Shown here in pieces: positions 1-8,946 of a DNA stretch of 64,000 nt. The notes beneath the pieces were generated by a model. The model was given only the letters and a program-made list of their open reading frames with translations, did not search any database and had not been told where the DNA came from. Numbering within the stretch: the stretch's first letter is position 1; the number at the start of each line of letters is the position of its first letter. Source of the DNA: an uncultured Bacilli bacterium (GTDB lineage Bacteria > Bacillota_I > Bacilli_A > RF39 > UBA660); the NCBI GenBank assembly GCA_934098485.1, contig CAKOOH010000001.1, forward strand, positions 68,329 through 132,328, written 5' to 3'. A program made the position numbers and the translations under genes.

Positions 1-195
1 GGGCTTAAAGGCTTAACAGATAAATATATTTTATCTTTTTTAACATTTACTGTTTGTAGTTTTTCTTTTACATATATTGGGTTAATTTTAGGAAAGTATT
101 CAGTTAAAGTATTAAAGGAAAAGGCGACTTATCTAGGAATATTAATTTTAATAGTTTTAGCACTGGCAAATATATGTCAAATTTTTCTTAATTAA
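1..195 (+). CDS. 3' end of a hydrophobic membrane protein; the 5' part lies outside the window
   Basis: Frame 1 is open from position 1 to TAA at 193-195. The translation ...FTYIGLILGKYSVKVLKEKATYLGILILIVLALANICQIFLN is strongly hydrophobic. Confidence 0.35.
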   Translation, partial: GLKGLTDKYILSFLTFTVCSFSFTYIGLILGKYSVKVLKEKATYLGILILIVLALANICQIFLN

Positions 196-261
196 ATTGA
201 CAATAAGAGTTAATAATCATATATTAAGAATGGTAAAAACTCTTTAAAGGAGGGATTTCTT

Positions 262-1521
262 ATAAAAAAATTAGTTATTGAAGGAAAAAAAGAATTAAAA
301 GGAACTATATCAATTGGTGGTGCTAAAAATAGTATTGTAGCATTAATTCCCGCAGCAATGCTTACTGATGGGGTTTGTGAGATTAGTAATGTTCCTAATA
401 TTACTGATGTTCATTTATTAATTGAGATGATGAAGATTCTAGGCTCTCATATTGAATTTAAAAATGGGTGTTTACATATTGATAATAGAAATGCTCATAA
501 TGATAAAATAGATACGAATTATGCATCAAAACTAAGGGCTTCTTATTATTTTATGGGAGTTTTATTATCAAAATATGGTAAGGCAGAAATTGCTTATCCT
601 GGTGGTTGTGTCATTGGATCTAGACCAATTAATTTTCATATTGAGGGATTTAAAAAACTTGGTGCAAAGGTAGAAATTGAAGAAGATAATAAATATTTAA
701 TAACTGCGGAAAAGTTAGTAGGAACAGATATTTTCTTTGATATTGCTAGTGTTGGAGCTACTTTAAATATTATGTTTGCAGCTGTAAAAGCTGAAGGCAC
801 TACAAGAATCTTTAATGCGGCTAAGGAACCAGAAATTGTTAATGTTGCTTCATTTTTAAATACTATGGGAGCTAAGGTATATGGTGCTGGTACAAGTCAA
901 ATAACAATTGAAGGAGTTAGTGAATTACATGATGGTATAGTTGAAGTAATTCCTGATAGGATTGAAGCAGGAACTTATATTATGATGGGAAGTTTACTGG
1001 GAAATAATTTAGAAATAAAGGGTGTTTTAAAAGAACACTTAGGTGCTGTTTTAACAAAGTTACAAGAAGTTGGTTGTAAATTTATTTATAAAGATAATTC
1101 GATTATTGTTAATAAAACAGAACATTTAAAGCCGGTTAATATTAAGACATTAGTGTATCCAGGATTTGTTACAGATTTAGGGCAACCAATGAGTACTTTT
1201 TTGACTCAGTGTGAAGGTGATTCTATTTTTGAAGAGACAATTTATGAAAATCGTATGAGGCATGTAAAGTATCTAAATATGATGGGAGCATCAATTGATG
1301 CTGATAATAAAATAGCTTATATTCATGGAAAAACACTTTTACACGGAACAAATGTTGAAGCAACAGATTTAAGGGCAGGTGCGGCGATGCTTTTTGCTGG
1401 TATGATTGCCGATGGCACTACAGTAATAAGTAATATTGAACATATATTAAGAGGTTATGAAAATATAGTTGATAAATTATCTAATGTTGGAGCAAGTATT
1501 AAAATAATAGAAGAAGATTAA
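262..1521 (+). CDS. murA: UDP-N-acetylglucosamine 1-carboxyvinyltransferase MurA, with an apparent non-ATG (ATA) start
   Basis: The product IKKLVIEGKKELKGTISIGGAKNSIVALIPAAML... aligns to the MurA N-terminus (MEKIIVRGG...GAKNAVLP). The reading frame is open from 217. RBS AAGGAGGG at 247-254 lies 7 nt before ATA at 262. The first in-frame ATG, at 358, falls inside the conserved domain. Confidence 0.8.
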   Translation: MKKLVIEGKKELKGTISIGGAKNSIVALIPAAMLTDGVCEISNVPNITDVHLLIEMMKILGSHIEFKNGCLHIDNRNAHNDKIDTNYASKLRASYYFMGVLLSKYGKAEIAYPGGCVIGSRPINFHIEGFKKLGAKVEIEEDNKYLITAEKLVGTDIFFDIASVGATLNIMFAAVKAEGTTRIFNAAKEPEIVNVASFLNTMGAKVYGAGTSQITIEGVSELHDGIVEVIPDRIEAGTYIMMGSLLGNNLEIKGVLKEHLGAVLTKLQEVGCKFIYKDNSIIVNKTEHLKPVNIKTLVYPGFVTDLGQPMSTFLTQCEGDSIFEETIYENRMRHVKYLNMMGASIDADNKIAYIHGKTLLHGTNVEATDLRAGAAMLFAGMIADGTTVISNIEHILRGYENIVDKLSNVGASIKIIEED

Positions 1522-1557
1522 AGTTTATGATAGACTGTTTGTAGAAAGGTTTAAAGA

Positions 1558-2196
1558 ATGGAAAAGGGAAATAATAAAGTATTTATAGTAATTATAGTTA
1601 TATTAGGGTTAATGGTTATTGGTTTAGGAAGTTATTTAATTTATGAAAATAAAGATTTAAAGTGCGAAATGGACGAGAAAAAATCTAGTACAACTACTAC
1701 GGTGACAACAAAAAAAGAAAATACTACAACACCTAAGGAAAATGTTAATAATACTACATCTTATAATAATTATTTAAAAAATTTAAAAACTAATTTAAAA
1801 AAAGCTTGTGACCAATTAAGTACTCCTGAAGAAGAAGATGCTGTAATTTGTGAAGGTCAATCAATTACAGGTTATGGTAAATTTTTAGAAAATTTTTATT
1901 TTGATATTTCTAAAGATGGCAAATTAACAATGTCAGGAAGTTCAAAAAATCTAAAAAATTATTTTATAAGTGATTCAGTATTAGAGGCTTTTATTTCTGA
2001 TAGTGGTGGCAATGGCGGGTATCAGCTTTTATATTTTATTAAAGAAGATGGTACTTTGAATCAATTTTGTATTGACTGCATTGTAAATGATGATGAAAAA
2101 ATAATTTTGACTACGGAATATAAAAATATTGTAAATGTTGTAAGCACAACAGCAGGTCCTTTATTTATTGATATTGATGGTAATGTTCACGTGTAA
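1558..2196 (+). CDS. hypothetical membrane-anchored protein with an N-terminal TM helix and a Thr-rich linker
   Basis: 212-aa ORF with a hydrophobic N-terminus (VFIVIIVILGLMVIGLGSYLIY) followed by a TTTTVTTKKENTTTPKE low-complexity linker. Confidence 0.45.
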   Translation: MEKGNNKVFIVIIVILGLMVIGLGSYLIYENKDLKCEMDEKKSSTTTTVTTKKENTTTPKENVNNTTSYNNYLKNLKTNLKKACDQLSTPEEEDAVICEGQSITGYGKFLENFYFDISKDGKLTMSGSSKNLKNYFISDSVLEAFISDSGGNGGYQLLYFIKEDGTLNQFCIDCIVNDDEKIILTTEYKNIVNVVSTTAGPLFIDIDGNVHV

Positions 2197-2249
2197 TTTT
2201 AGAAAAAATAATCATATGTAAAAATTAAAATATAAATTAACAAAAATTC

Positions 2250-2277
2250 TTGCATATCAGCGGTAATATGATATAAT
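2250..2277 (+). promoter_or_regulatory. sigma-A-type promoter upstream of rpmE
   Basis: TTGCAT at 2250-2255, a 16-nt spacer, then TGaTATAAT (extended -10) at 2269-2277. Confidence 0.4.
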
Positions 2278-2337
2278 ACCTAAGTAAAACGAATTTCTAT
2301 AACTTATATGAAGTTATGGCTGAAGGAGGAATAAATA

Positions 2338-2541
2338 ATGAAAAAGAATCTACATCCAGAAAGAGTTGAATGTATAATTACATGTGCTTGTGGCAATAGT
2401 TTTAAAACAATTTCTAACAAACCAAGTCATTTTGTAGAAAGCTGCAATAAATGTAATCCTGCTTACAATGAAAATATGAAGAAAACAACTAAAAAAGACG
2501 GAAATGTTGATAAATTCAAGAAAAAATATAATCTTGACTAA
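2338..2541 (+). CDS. rpmE: 50S ribosomal protein L31 (Zn-ribbon type)
   Basis: The 67-aa product MKKNLHPERVECIITCACGNSFKT...CNKCNPAY...VDKFKKKYN matches the L31 consensus MKKDIHP...CSCGN...CSKCHPF...VDRFNKRF. Confidence 0.85.
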   Translation: MKKNLHPERVECIITCACGNSFKTISNKPSHFVESCNKCNPAYNENMKKTTKKDGNVDKFKKKYNLD

Positions 2542-2562
2542 GAGTAAAATCTTAGTTTTTTT
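2536..2562 (+). terminator. rho-independent terminator after rpmE
   Basis: Stem ACTAAG/CTTAGT with an 8-nt loop, followed by a T7 run. Confidence 0.45.
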
Positions 2563-2599
2563 ATGCAGATAAATGTGATATGATAAGATAGGTGAGAAT

Positions 2600-3055
2600 A
2601 TGAAAATAGTAATAGGTTCAGATCATAATGGAAGCAAAATTAAAAGTGAAATAATTGAATATTTAAAAAATAAAGGTAATGAAGTTATTGATGTAAGTGT
2701 AAGTTCTGCTTCGGGAGATGATTATCCTATATATGCATTTAATGCGGGAGAGATAGTTGCTAATAAAGTATGTGATATAGGTATTTTATTATGTGGAACA
2801 GGTATTGGTATGAGTATAGCGGCAAATAAAGTAAAGGGAATAAGAGCGGCTCATATAAGTAGTGCTGATGAAGCCAGACTTGCTAAGGAACATAATAATG
2901 CAAACATAATTACACTTAGTGCTAATAGTAATAGTTTAGAGGAAATACTAAGATATATTGATATATTTGTAGATACTGAGTTTTTAAATGAAGAAAGACA
3001 TGTTAGAAGAAATGAATTAATTTCTAAATATGAAAATGGAGAATTAAATGTATAA
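2600..3055 (+). CDS. rpiB: ribose-5-phosphate isomerase B (RpiB/LacAB family)
   Basis: MKIVIGSDHNGSKIK...GILLCGTGIGMSIAANKVKGIRAA... is the typical RpiB signature. The product is 151 aa. Confidence 0.8.
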   Translation: MKIVIGSDHNGSKIKSEIIEYLKNKGNEVIDVSVSSASGDDYPIYAFNAGEIVANKVCDIGILLCGTGIGMSIAANKVKGIRAAHISSADEARLAKEHNNANIITLSANSNSLEEILRYIDIFVDTEFLNEERHVRRNELISKYENGELNV

Positions 3056-3242
3056 AACATTAATATATATATTTTGCGTTTTATTAAGTGTTTTTGTTGT
3101 TAGCGGGATTAATTTTAATAATTTTTTTAAGAAAAATCATGTTATAGAAGCAAAATTATTTGTTTTAGTCATAAGTTTTATTATGGGGTACTTATTAGGA
3201 AGTTTTATAATTGAGTTTTTAAATATAAGTAGCATTTTATAG
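3048..3242 (+). CDS. small hydrophobic protein (64 aa)
   Basis: The ORF overlaps the rpiB stop and encodes two predicted TM segments. There is no other support. Confidence 0.3.
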   Translation: MYKTLIYIFCVLLSVFVVSGINFNNFFKKNHVIEAKLFVLVISFIMGYLLGSFIIEFLNISSIL

Positions 3243-3254
3243 AGGATGATATTT

Positions 3255-4157
3255 ATGAAAAAATTAATTTTAATTATTATTTTTTTAGTACCGATTTATA
3301 TAAGTAGTTTTAAAGTAAAGGAAACTACTTTTTTTAATAATGATACAAGTAAGGTAATTAGTAAAACTAATAAAAATAGCAAGACTGTAATAGTACATGT
3401 TAAAGATAAAGATTTATATCTTGATTTAGAAGATTATGTTACTGGCGTAGTAGCAGCAGAAATGCCAGCGTTATTTGATGAAGACGCATTAAAAGCTCAA
3501 GCGGTGGCGTCAAGAAGTTATGCAATGAGTAGTGTAATGAATCACATAATAACTATTTCCTCATCTATTAGTGATCAAGTATATAAAACAAATTACGAAT
3601 TATCAGATAACTGGCAGGGTAATTATGATAAATATTTTAAGAAAATACAAGAAGCTGTAAGAGAAACAGAAAATTTAGTAATAAAAAGAGATAATAAAAT
3701 ACTTAGAACTTATTATTTTTCGATGAGTAATGGATATACAGAAAACTCTTTGGCAGTTTTTAATGAAAATACTTTTGAAAGTGTTTCTTCTAGCTTAGAA
3801 CAAAAATTAAGTAATTATTTAAAAACAGTTACTTTTACAAAAGGTGAATTATGTAAATTATTAAAATTAGATGATATTAATATTCAAAATATAAAAAGAA
3901 ATGAAACTAATCATGTTGATAAAATAATTATAAATAATAAAGAATTTACAGGAGTAGAATTTAGAAAATTATTAAATTTACGATCTACTGATTTTGAAAT
4001 TGAAGAAGAAAATGGGGAATACATAATTGCAACAAAAGGATATGGTCATGGAGTTGGCATGAGTCAGTATGGAGCAAATGAGATGGCAAAAACAGGGAAA
4101 AAATATGAAGAAATATTAAATCATTATTATAAGAATACAGAAATTAAAAAAATATAA
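3255..4157 (+). CDS. spoIID: SpoIID/LytB-domain protein (lytic transglycosylase / amidase enhancer family)
   Basis: The C-terminal GYGHGVGMSQYGANEMA motif is diagnostic of the SpoIID/LytB domain. The product has an N-terminal signal/TM segment. The start was moved to ATG 3255 because the RBS AGAGGA overlaps the ATG at 3246. Confidence 0.7.
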   Translation: MKKLILIIIFLVPIYISSFKVKETTFFNNDTSKVISKTNKNSKTVIVHVKDKDLYLDLEDYVTGVVAAEMPALFDEDALKAQAVASRSYAMSSVMNHIITISSSISDQVYKTNYELSDNWQGNYDKYFKKIQEAVRETENLVIKRDNKILRTYYFSMSNGYTENSLAVFNENTFESVSSSLEQKLSNYLKTVTFTKGELCKLLKLDDINIQNIKRNETNHVDKIIINNKEFTGVEFRKLLNLRSTDFEIEEENGEYIIATKGYGHGVGMSQYGANEMAKTGKKYEEILNHYYKNTEIKKI

Positions 4158-4205
4158 GTATAAAAATATAAAAACTACCCAAAATTTAATTGAAAGAGGT
4201 GGAAA

Positions 4206-4844
4206 ATGAAACCAAAATATAAGTTAAAAGGTTGGGTAGTAGTTAGTGTTTACTTATTATCTTTAACGGCAATCTTATCTAGTTTGTATTTACTGGGGAA
4301 GACGTTAAAAAATTCAATTTACAATGATGAAACTCTATCATATGTTTATAAAGGAATTTTTGATGATGCTATTCCGGTTGTTAAATATGATACTGATAAG
4401 ATAATTAAGCCATTTGCAGATGATAATGTAAAGGTTTTAAAAAAGTATTATGATAAGGATGCGGATAATAGCACACAAGAAGAATCTTTAATATTCTATC
4501 AAAATACATATATGCCAAATACAGGAATTTTGTATAGTAGTGATAAAAGTTTTGATGTTTTAGCTGTCCTTGATGGAACTGTTATGGATATTACCGCTGA
4601 TGAAATTATGGGAAATATAGTAACAATAAAACACTCTAATAATTTAAAAACTATATATCAGTGCTTAAATGAAGTAAAATTCTTTGTTGGTGATATTGTA
4701 AAACAAGGCGATGTAATTGGCAACTCAGGAGTAAATAAAATTGAATCTTCAAGTGACAACATGCTTCTATTTGAAGTAAATAATAATGGAGAATATATTA
4801 ATCCAGAAACCTTTTATAGTATGTTACCTAGCGAACTTTCTTAA
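4206..4844 (+). CDS. M23/LytM-domain protein, probably catalytically degenerate (SpoIIQ-like)
   Basis: N-terminal TM segment. The LytM-like core LAVLDGTVMDI...GNIVTIKHSNNLKTIYQCLNEV.FFVGDIVKQGDVIGNSG is present, but the HxH metal site is replaced by MLLFEV. Confidence 0.55.
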   Translation: MKPKYKLKGWVVVSVYLLSLTAILSSLYLLGKTLKNSIYNDETLSYVYKGIFDDAIPVVKYDTDKIIKPFADDNVKVLKKYYDKDADNSTQEESLIFYQNTYMPNTGILYSSDKSFDVLAVLDGTVMDITADEIMGNIVTIKHSNNLKTIYQCLNEVKFFVGDIVKQGDVIGNSGVNKIESSSDNMLLFEVNNNGEYINPETFYSMLPSELS

Positions 4845-4865
4845 GCCTTTAGATAGGCTTTTTAA
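4843..4865 (+). terminator. putative terminator
   Basis: AAGCCT-ttagat-AGGCTT hairpin followed by a TTTTT run. Confidence 0.35.
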
Positions 4866-4888
4866 ATGAAGGAGGGATATTTATAATT

Positions 4889-5392
4889 TTTGAATTTACA
4901 GATGAGTTTATATATGTTTATAATCGAAAAAAGAAAGAGATAATAAAAGAAAGTATTCCTTCTAAAGTAATATGGAAAAACAAAATATATGATTATGTTA
5001 AACTTTGCAAAATAGTAAATAAAATTGTGTATAAGTATAAACTTACGAACACTTTTTTTAAAACTAGGTTTTATATTTTATTATTTGAAAAAATAACGCC
5101 GGCGGAAGAATATTTATTTAAGAGATTATTTAATTTTATTTCTAATGTTTCTTTAAGCCTTATATATGCTACTAATTTATTTAATAAGGAAAATCACATT
5201 TTTATTAGTGGAAATATTTTATACTATAATAATAACGTTTTAAAAAAACTATCAGAAAAAAAGGAATATATATTAATTGGAAATAGTGATTTAAAGATTT
5301 ATGAAAAATATAAAGAGTATCTAATAAAAAAATATAAAATTCAAATTTTAACTTATGAAAATAGTAATATGATAATCTATGAGAGTATATAA
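4889..5392 (+). CDS. hypothetical protein rich in Tyr, Lys and Asn
   Basis: The frame is open from 4886. A TTG at 4889 lies 9 nt after RBS AAGGAGGG (4871-4879). The ORF track begins at GTG 5027. No recognisable domain. Confidence 0.3.
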   Translation, partial: FEFTDEFIYVYNRKKKEIIKESIPSKVIWKNKIYDYVKLCKIVNKIVYKYKLTNTFFKTRFYILLFEKITPAEEYLFKRLFNFISNVSLSLIYATNLFNKENHIFISGNILYYNNNVLKKLSEKKEYILIGNSDLKIYEKYKEYLIKKYKIQILTYENSNMIIYESI

Positions 5393-5462
5393 ATATGTAC
5401 TCTTTTTATTTGTTTTTGAATATTATTTATACTATAATTAAAATAAGAAAGAATGTGAGAAT

Positions 5463-8400
5463 ATGAAGGTAATTGATGGATGCAGTGCATGCGCAAATAT
5501 GGCTTATAATTTTAGTGATATTAGTTTTATTTATCCGATTACACCATCTAGTCCGATGGCAAGTCAAATAGATAATTTAAGTGGCAAAGATGTAAAAAAT
5601 ATTTTTAATGATACGGTTTCAGTTATTGAAATGCAAAGTGAAGCTGGGGCAGCAGGTGCGTTGCATGGGGCTTTATCAGCAGGTTTACTAGGAACAACTT
5701 TTACGGCAAGTCAAGGATTATTATTAATGATACCTAATATGTATAAAATGGCAGGTGAAATGCTTCCTGGGGTAATTCATGTGGCCGCGAGAAGTTTAGC
5801 AAGTCATGCTCTTAGTATATTTGGCGATCATCAAGATATATACGCTACAAGGCAAACGGGATTTTGTATGCTTGCTTCTACCAATGTTCAGGATGCTTAC
5901 AATTTAGCGTTAGTTGCTCATTTATCCGCAATTGAGGGAAGTTTACCTTTTCTACATTTTTTTGATGGCTTTAGGACTAGTCATGAATATAATCAAATTA
6001 AAGAAATTTCAAGAGAAGAAATTTTAAAATTAGTTAATTTTGACAAAATAAATGAATTTAGAAAAAGAGCACTTAATTCGGGTAAAGCAATTACAAAAGG
6101 AACAAATCAAAATGAAGATATATATTTTCAAAGTTTAGAAGCAAGAAATAGTGATTATGAAAAAATTCCCGATATTGTTAATAATTATATGCAAAAATTA
6201 AATGTGTTAACTAATATGGATTATAAGCCTTTTAATTATTATGGAAGCCCTAAGGCTAAATACGTCATAGTAGCAATGGGATCAGTATGTGATACAGTTA
6301 AGAGGGTCGTTCAAAATAAGAAAAATGTGGATTTTGGATTAATTGAAGTACATTTATATCGCCCTTTTAGTTCTAAGTATTTAAAACAAGTAATACCAAA
6401 AACTGTTAAAAGAATCGCTGTTTTAGATCGTACTAAGGAAAGCGGGTCTATTGGCGAACCTTTATATCTTGATGTTTTAGGGGCTTTAAATGATTTAAAA
6501 ATAAGCATTTATGGTGGTCGTTATGGTCTTTCAAGTAAAAATACAACAATGAATGATATTTATGATGTATTTATGAATTTAGAAAAGTGTCCTAAAAATA
6601 ATTTTACTGTTGGTATTATGGATGATGTTACAAATACAAGTTTGAAACATTTTGACTATACATTTGAAAATTATTATAGAGAATTTAAAATCTTTGGATT
6701 TGGATCAGATGGGATGGTTAGTGCTAGTAAAAACATATTAAAAGTTTTAGGAAATAACAATTTTGTTCAAGGATATTTTGAATATGATTCTAAAAAAAGT
6801 GGGGGAGTAACAATATCTCATATTAGATTAAGTGATGAAGTTATAGAAGCTCCTTATTATGTTACAAATCCCGAATTGGTGGTAGTAACAAAAGATGAAT
6901 ATTTTTATAAATTTAATACGATTGAAGGTATAAAAGAGGGAGGAATTCTTTTAATTAATACAATTAGGAAAGAAGATGAGTTAAATAAATTTTTGCCTGA
7001 TGATTTAAAAAATGAACTTCGAGATAAAAATATTCAAGTATTTATTATTAATGCAGAAGAATTAGCACAGAAAAATGGTATAAATGGAAAAATTAGCCTT
7101 ATTATGGAAGCATCTATTTTAAAACTACTTAATATTAAGAATTTTAAAGAAACGTTAGAAAAAGATATTAAGGAAAGATTTTTAACAAAGGGTGAAGATG
7201 TAGTTAATGCTAATTTAGCGTGTGTTAATGAATTTGAAAGTTATTTAAAAAAAATAGATATAACAGCTGAACAAGGAGTAATTCTTTCGAAAAATGAAGA
7301 TATATTTTCTATGATAAATGAAAGAAAAGGAAATCAATTAAAGGTAAGTGAGCTATTAGATTATAAAGATGGCGTTTTCCCAGGAGGAACTAGCGCTTTA
7401 GAAAAACGTAAAATGAGTTCTTTTGTGGCAAAATGGAATAAAGAAAAATGTATAGAATGTGGTATTTGTGCAACTGTTTGTCCGCATGCCGTAATTAGAT
7501 CTTTCTTAGTTGATGAAAAGCAGTATAAAGATGAATCAAAACCTTCACTAGAAAAAGGATATAATTTTATAATAGGTGTAAGTGAGGCGGATTGTACGGG
7601 GTGTGAACTTTGTGTTAAGAACTGTCCAACTAAATGTTTATCTATGGGAAAGTTTGATTTACAAAAACAGGTACTTGCTGATGAGCTATTTAATGATAAT
7701 ATTAATCCAGAAAGACCGTTAAATTCACCAAAAAATGTTAGTTTGCATAAGCCATTATTTGAATTTTCTGGGGCATGCGCTGGATGCGGAGAGACGCCCT
7801 ATATAAAACTTCTTACACAAATTGTAGGAGAAAAATTAGTAATTGCCAATGCAACGGGTTGCTCTAGCATATATGGAGCAAGCTGTCCTAATACACCTTA
7901 TAAAGTGTCTTGGGCTAATAGTTTATTTGAAGATAATGCAGAATATGGTTTTGGCATACTTTTATCTTATAATAAATTTCGTAATCGTATCGTGAAAGAA
8001 TTAGAAAGTTCACAATTACCTGATGCACAAGAAAAGCTAACTTATTATCTAAATAATAGTGAAGATTATGATAAAATGAAAAAGTTTACTTCGGAAGTAA
8101 AAAATTATATATCAAATGATTTATTAGATTATGTTACTCCAAAAAGCGTGTGGACGATTGGCGGTGATGGTTGGGCATACGATATAGGATATGGCGGTGT
8201 TGATCATGTTTTATCAAGTAATCAAAATGCTAAAATATTAGTATTAGATACGGAAGTTTATTCAAATACGGGTGGTCAAGCAAGTAAATCTAGTCATAAA
8301 GGAGCAGTAGCAGAATTTGCTAATAATGGTAAAATCACGACCAAAAAAGATTTGTTTAGAATTGCTATGAGTTATCCTAATACTTATGTAGCTCAGATAA

Positions 8401-8774
8401 GTTTAGGGGCAAACATTATGCATACTATTAATGTATTAAAAGAAGCGGAAGAACATCAAGGTCCAGCGATAGTTATTGCATACTGTCCTTGTGTTGAACA
8501 TGGGATAAATGGCGGAATGTCTAACTCTATTGCCGAAGAAAAATTAGCGGTTGATTCAGGGTATGTCTTATTAATGAGATATAAAGATAATAAGTTATTA
8601 TTAGATTCAAAAGAACCAGATTTTCAAAAATATGATGAATTTTTGTCTAATGAAGTTAGATATAAAGCTTTAAAAATAAAAAATAAAAAAATGGCGGAAT
8701 CTTTACTTTTAGAAAATAAAGAAAATGCCATTAATAGATATAATTATTATAAAAAATTAAGTGAAGAAAATTAA
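5463..8774 (+). CDS. nifJ: pyruvate:ferredoxin (flavodoxin) oxidoreductase, single-chain PFOR
   Basis: 1103 aa. N-terminus MKVIDGCSACANMAYNFSDISFIYPITPSSPMAS. Two 4Fe-4S Cys clusters (CIECGICATVCP and CTGCELCVKNCP). TPP-binding region GGDGWAYDIG. Confidence 0.9.
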   Translation: MKVIDGCSACANMAYNFSDISFIYPITPSSPMASQIDNLSGKDVKNIFNDTVSVIEMQSEAGAAGALHGALSAGLLGTTFTASQGLLLMIPNMYKMAGEMLPGVIHVAARSLASHALSIFGDHQDIYATRQTGFCMLASTNVQDAYNLALVAHLSAIEGSLPFLHFFDGFRTSHEYNQIKEISREEILKLVNFDKINEFRKRALNSGKAITKGTNQNEDIYFQSLEARNSDYEKIPDIVNNYMQKLNVLTNMDYKPFNYYGSPKAKYVIVAMGSVCDTVKRVVQNKKNVDFGLIEVHLYRPFSSKYLKQVIPKTVKRIAVLDRTKESGSIGEPLYLDVLGALNDLKISIYGGRYGLSSKNTTMNDIYDVFMNLEKCPKNNFTVGIMDDVTNTSLKHFDYTFENYYREFKIFGFGSDGMVSASKNILKVLGNNNFVQGYFEYDSKKSGGVTISHIRLSDEVIEAPYYVTNPELVVVTKDEYFYKFNTIEGIKEGGILLINTIRKEDELNKFLPDDLKNELRDKNIQVFIINAEELAQKNGINGKISLIMEASILKLLNIKNFKETLEKDIKERFLTKGEDVVNANLACVNEFESYLKKIDITAEQGVILSKNEDIFSMINERKGNQLKVSELLDYKDGVFPGGTSALEKRKMSSFVAKWNKEKCIECGICATVCPHAVIRSFLVDEKQYKDESKPSLEKGYNFIIGVSEADCTGCELCVKNCPTKCLSMGKFDLQKQVLADELFNDNINPERPLNSPKNVSLHKPLFEFSGACAGCGETPYIKLLTQIVGEKLVIANATGCSSIYGASCPNTPYKVSWANSLFEDNAEYGFGILLSYNKFRNRIVKELESSQLPDAQEKLTYYLNNSEDYDKMKKFTSEVKNYISNDLLDYVTPKSVWTIGGDGWAYDIGYGGVDHVLSSNQNAKILVLDTEVYSNTGGQASKSSHKGAVAEFANNGKITTKKDLFRIAMSYPNTYVAQISLGANIMHTINVLKEAEEHQGPAIVIAYCPCVEHGINGGMSNSIAEEKLAVDSGYVLLMRYKDNKLLLDSKEPDFQKYDEFLSNEVRYKALKIKNKKMAESLLLENKENAINRYNYYKKLSEEN

Positions 8775-8785
8775 ACAAAAAAATA

Positions 8786-8811
8786 GAGGCTAACCCCCTG
8801 GGGTAGCCTCA
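8786..8811. terminator. GC-rich hairpin after PFOR; candidate (bidirectional) terminator
   Basis: GAGGCTAaCCCCctGGGGTAGCCTC is an extended stem in AT-rich DNA. There is no T-run on the + side; a T-run follows on the - side. Further small hairpins lie at 8826-8880. Confidence 0.4.
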
Positions 8812-8946
8812 AAGAATAAAAAGGGGTTGGCTAGTGTGATACTAGCACCAATTCGCCTATAAGTGAATTGGTGATTTATATACTAATGGAAAAAGGGGTA
8901 AATGTCAACACTTTTTTTAATTATTTTTATAAAAAATGGAGGTTTT

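Noticed and set aside
2851-3060. 69-aa minus-strand ORF inside rpiB
   Set aside because: It is entirely antisense to a well-supported conserved gene. It encodes a low-complexity Leu/Ser-rich product and has no RBS.
6311-6508. 65-aa minus-strand ORF inside the PFOR gene
   Set aside because: Antisense to a highly conserved coding region; an AT-rich chance ORF.
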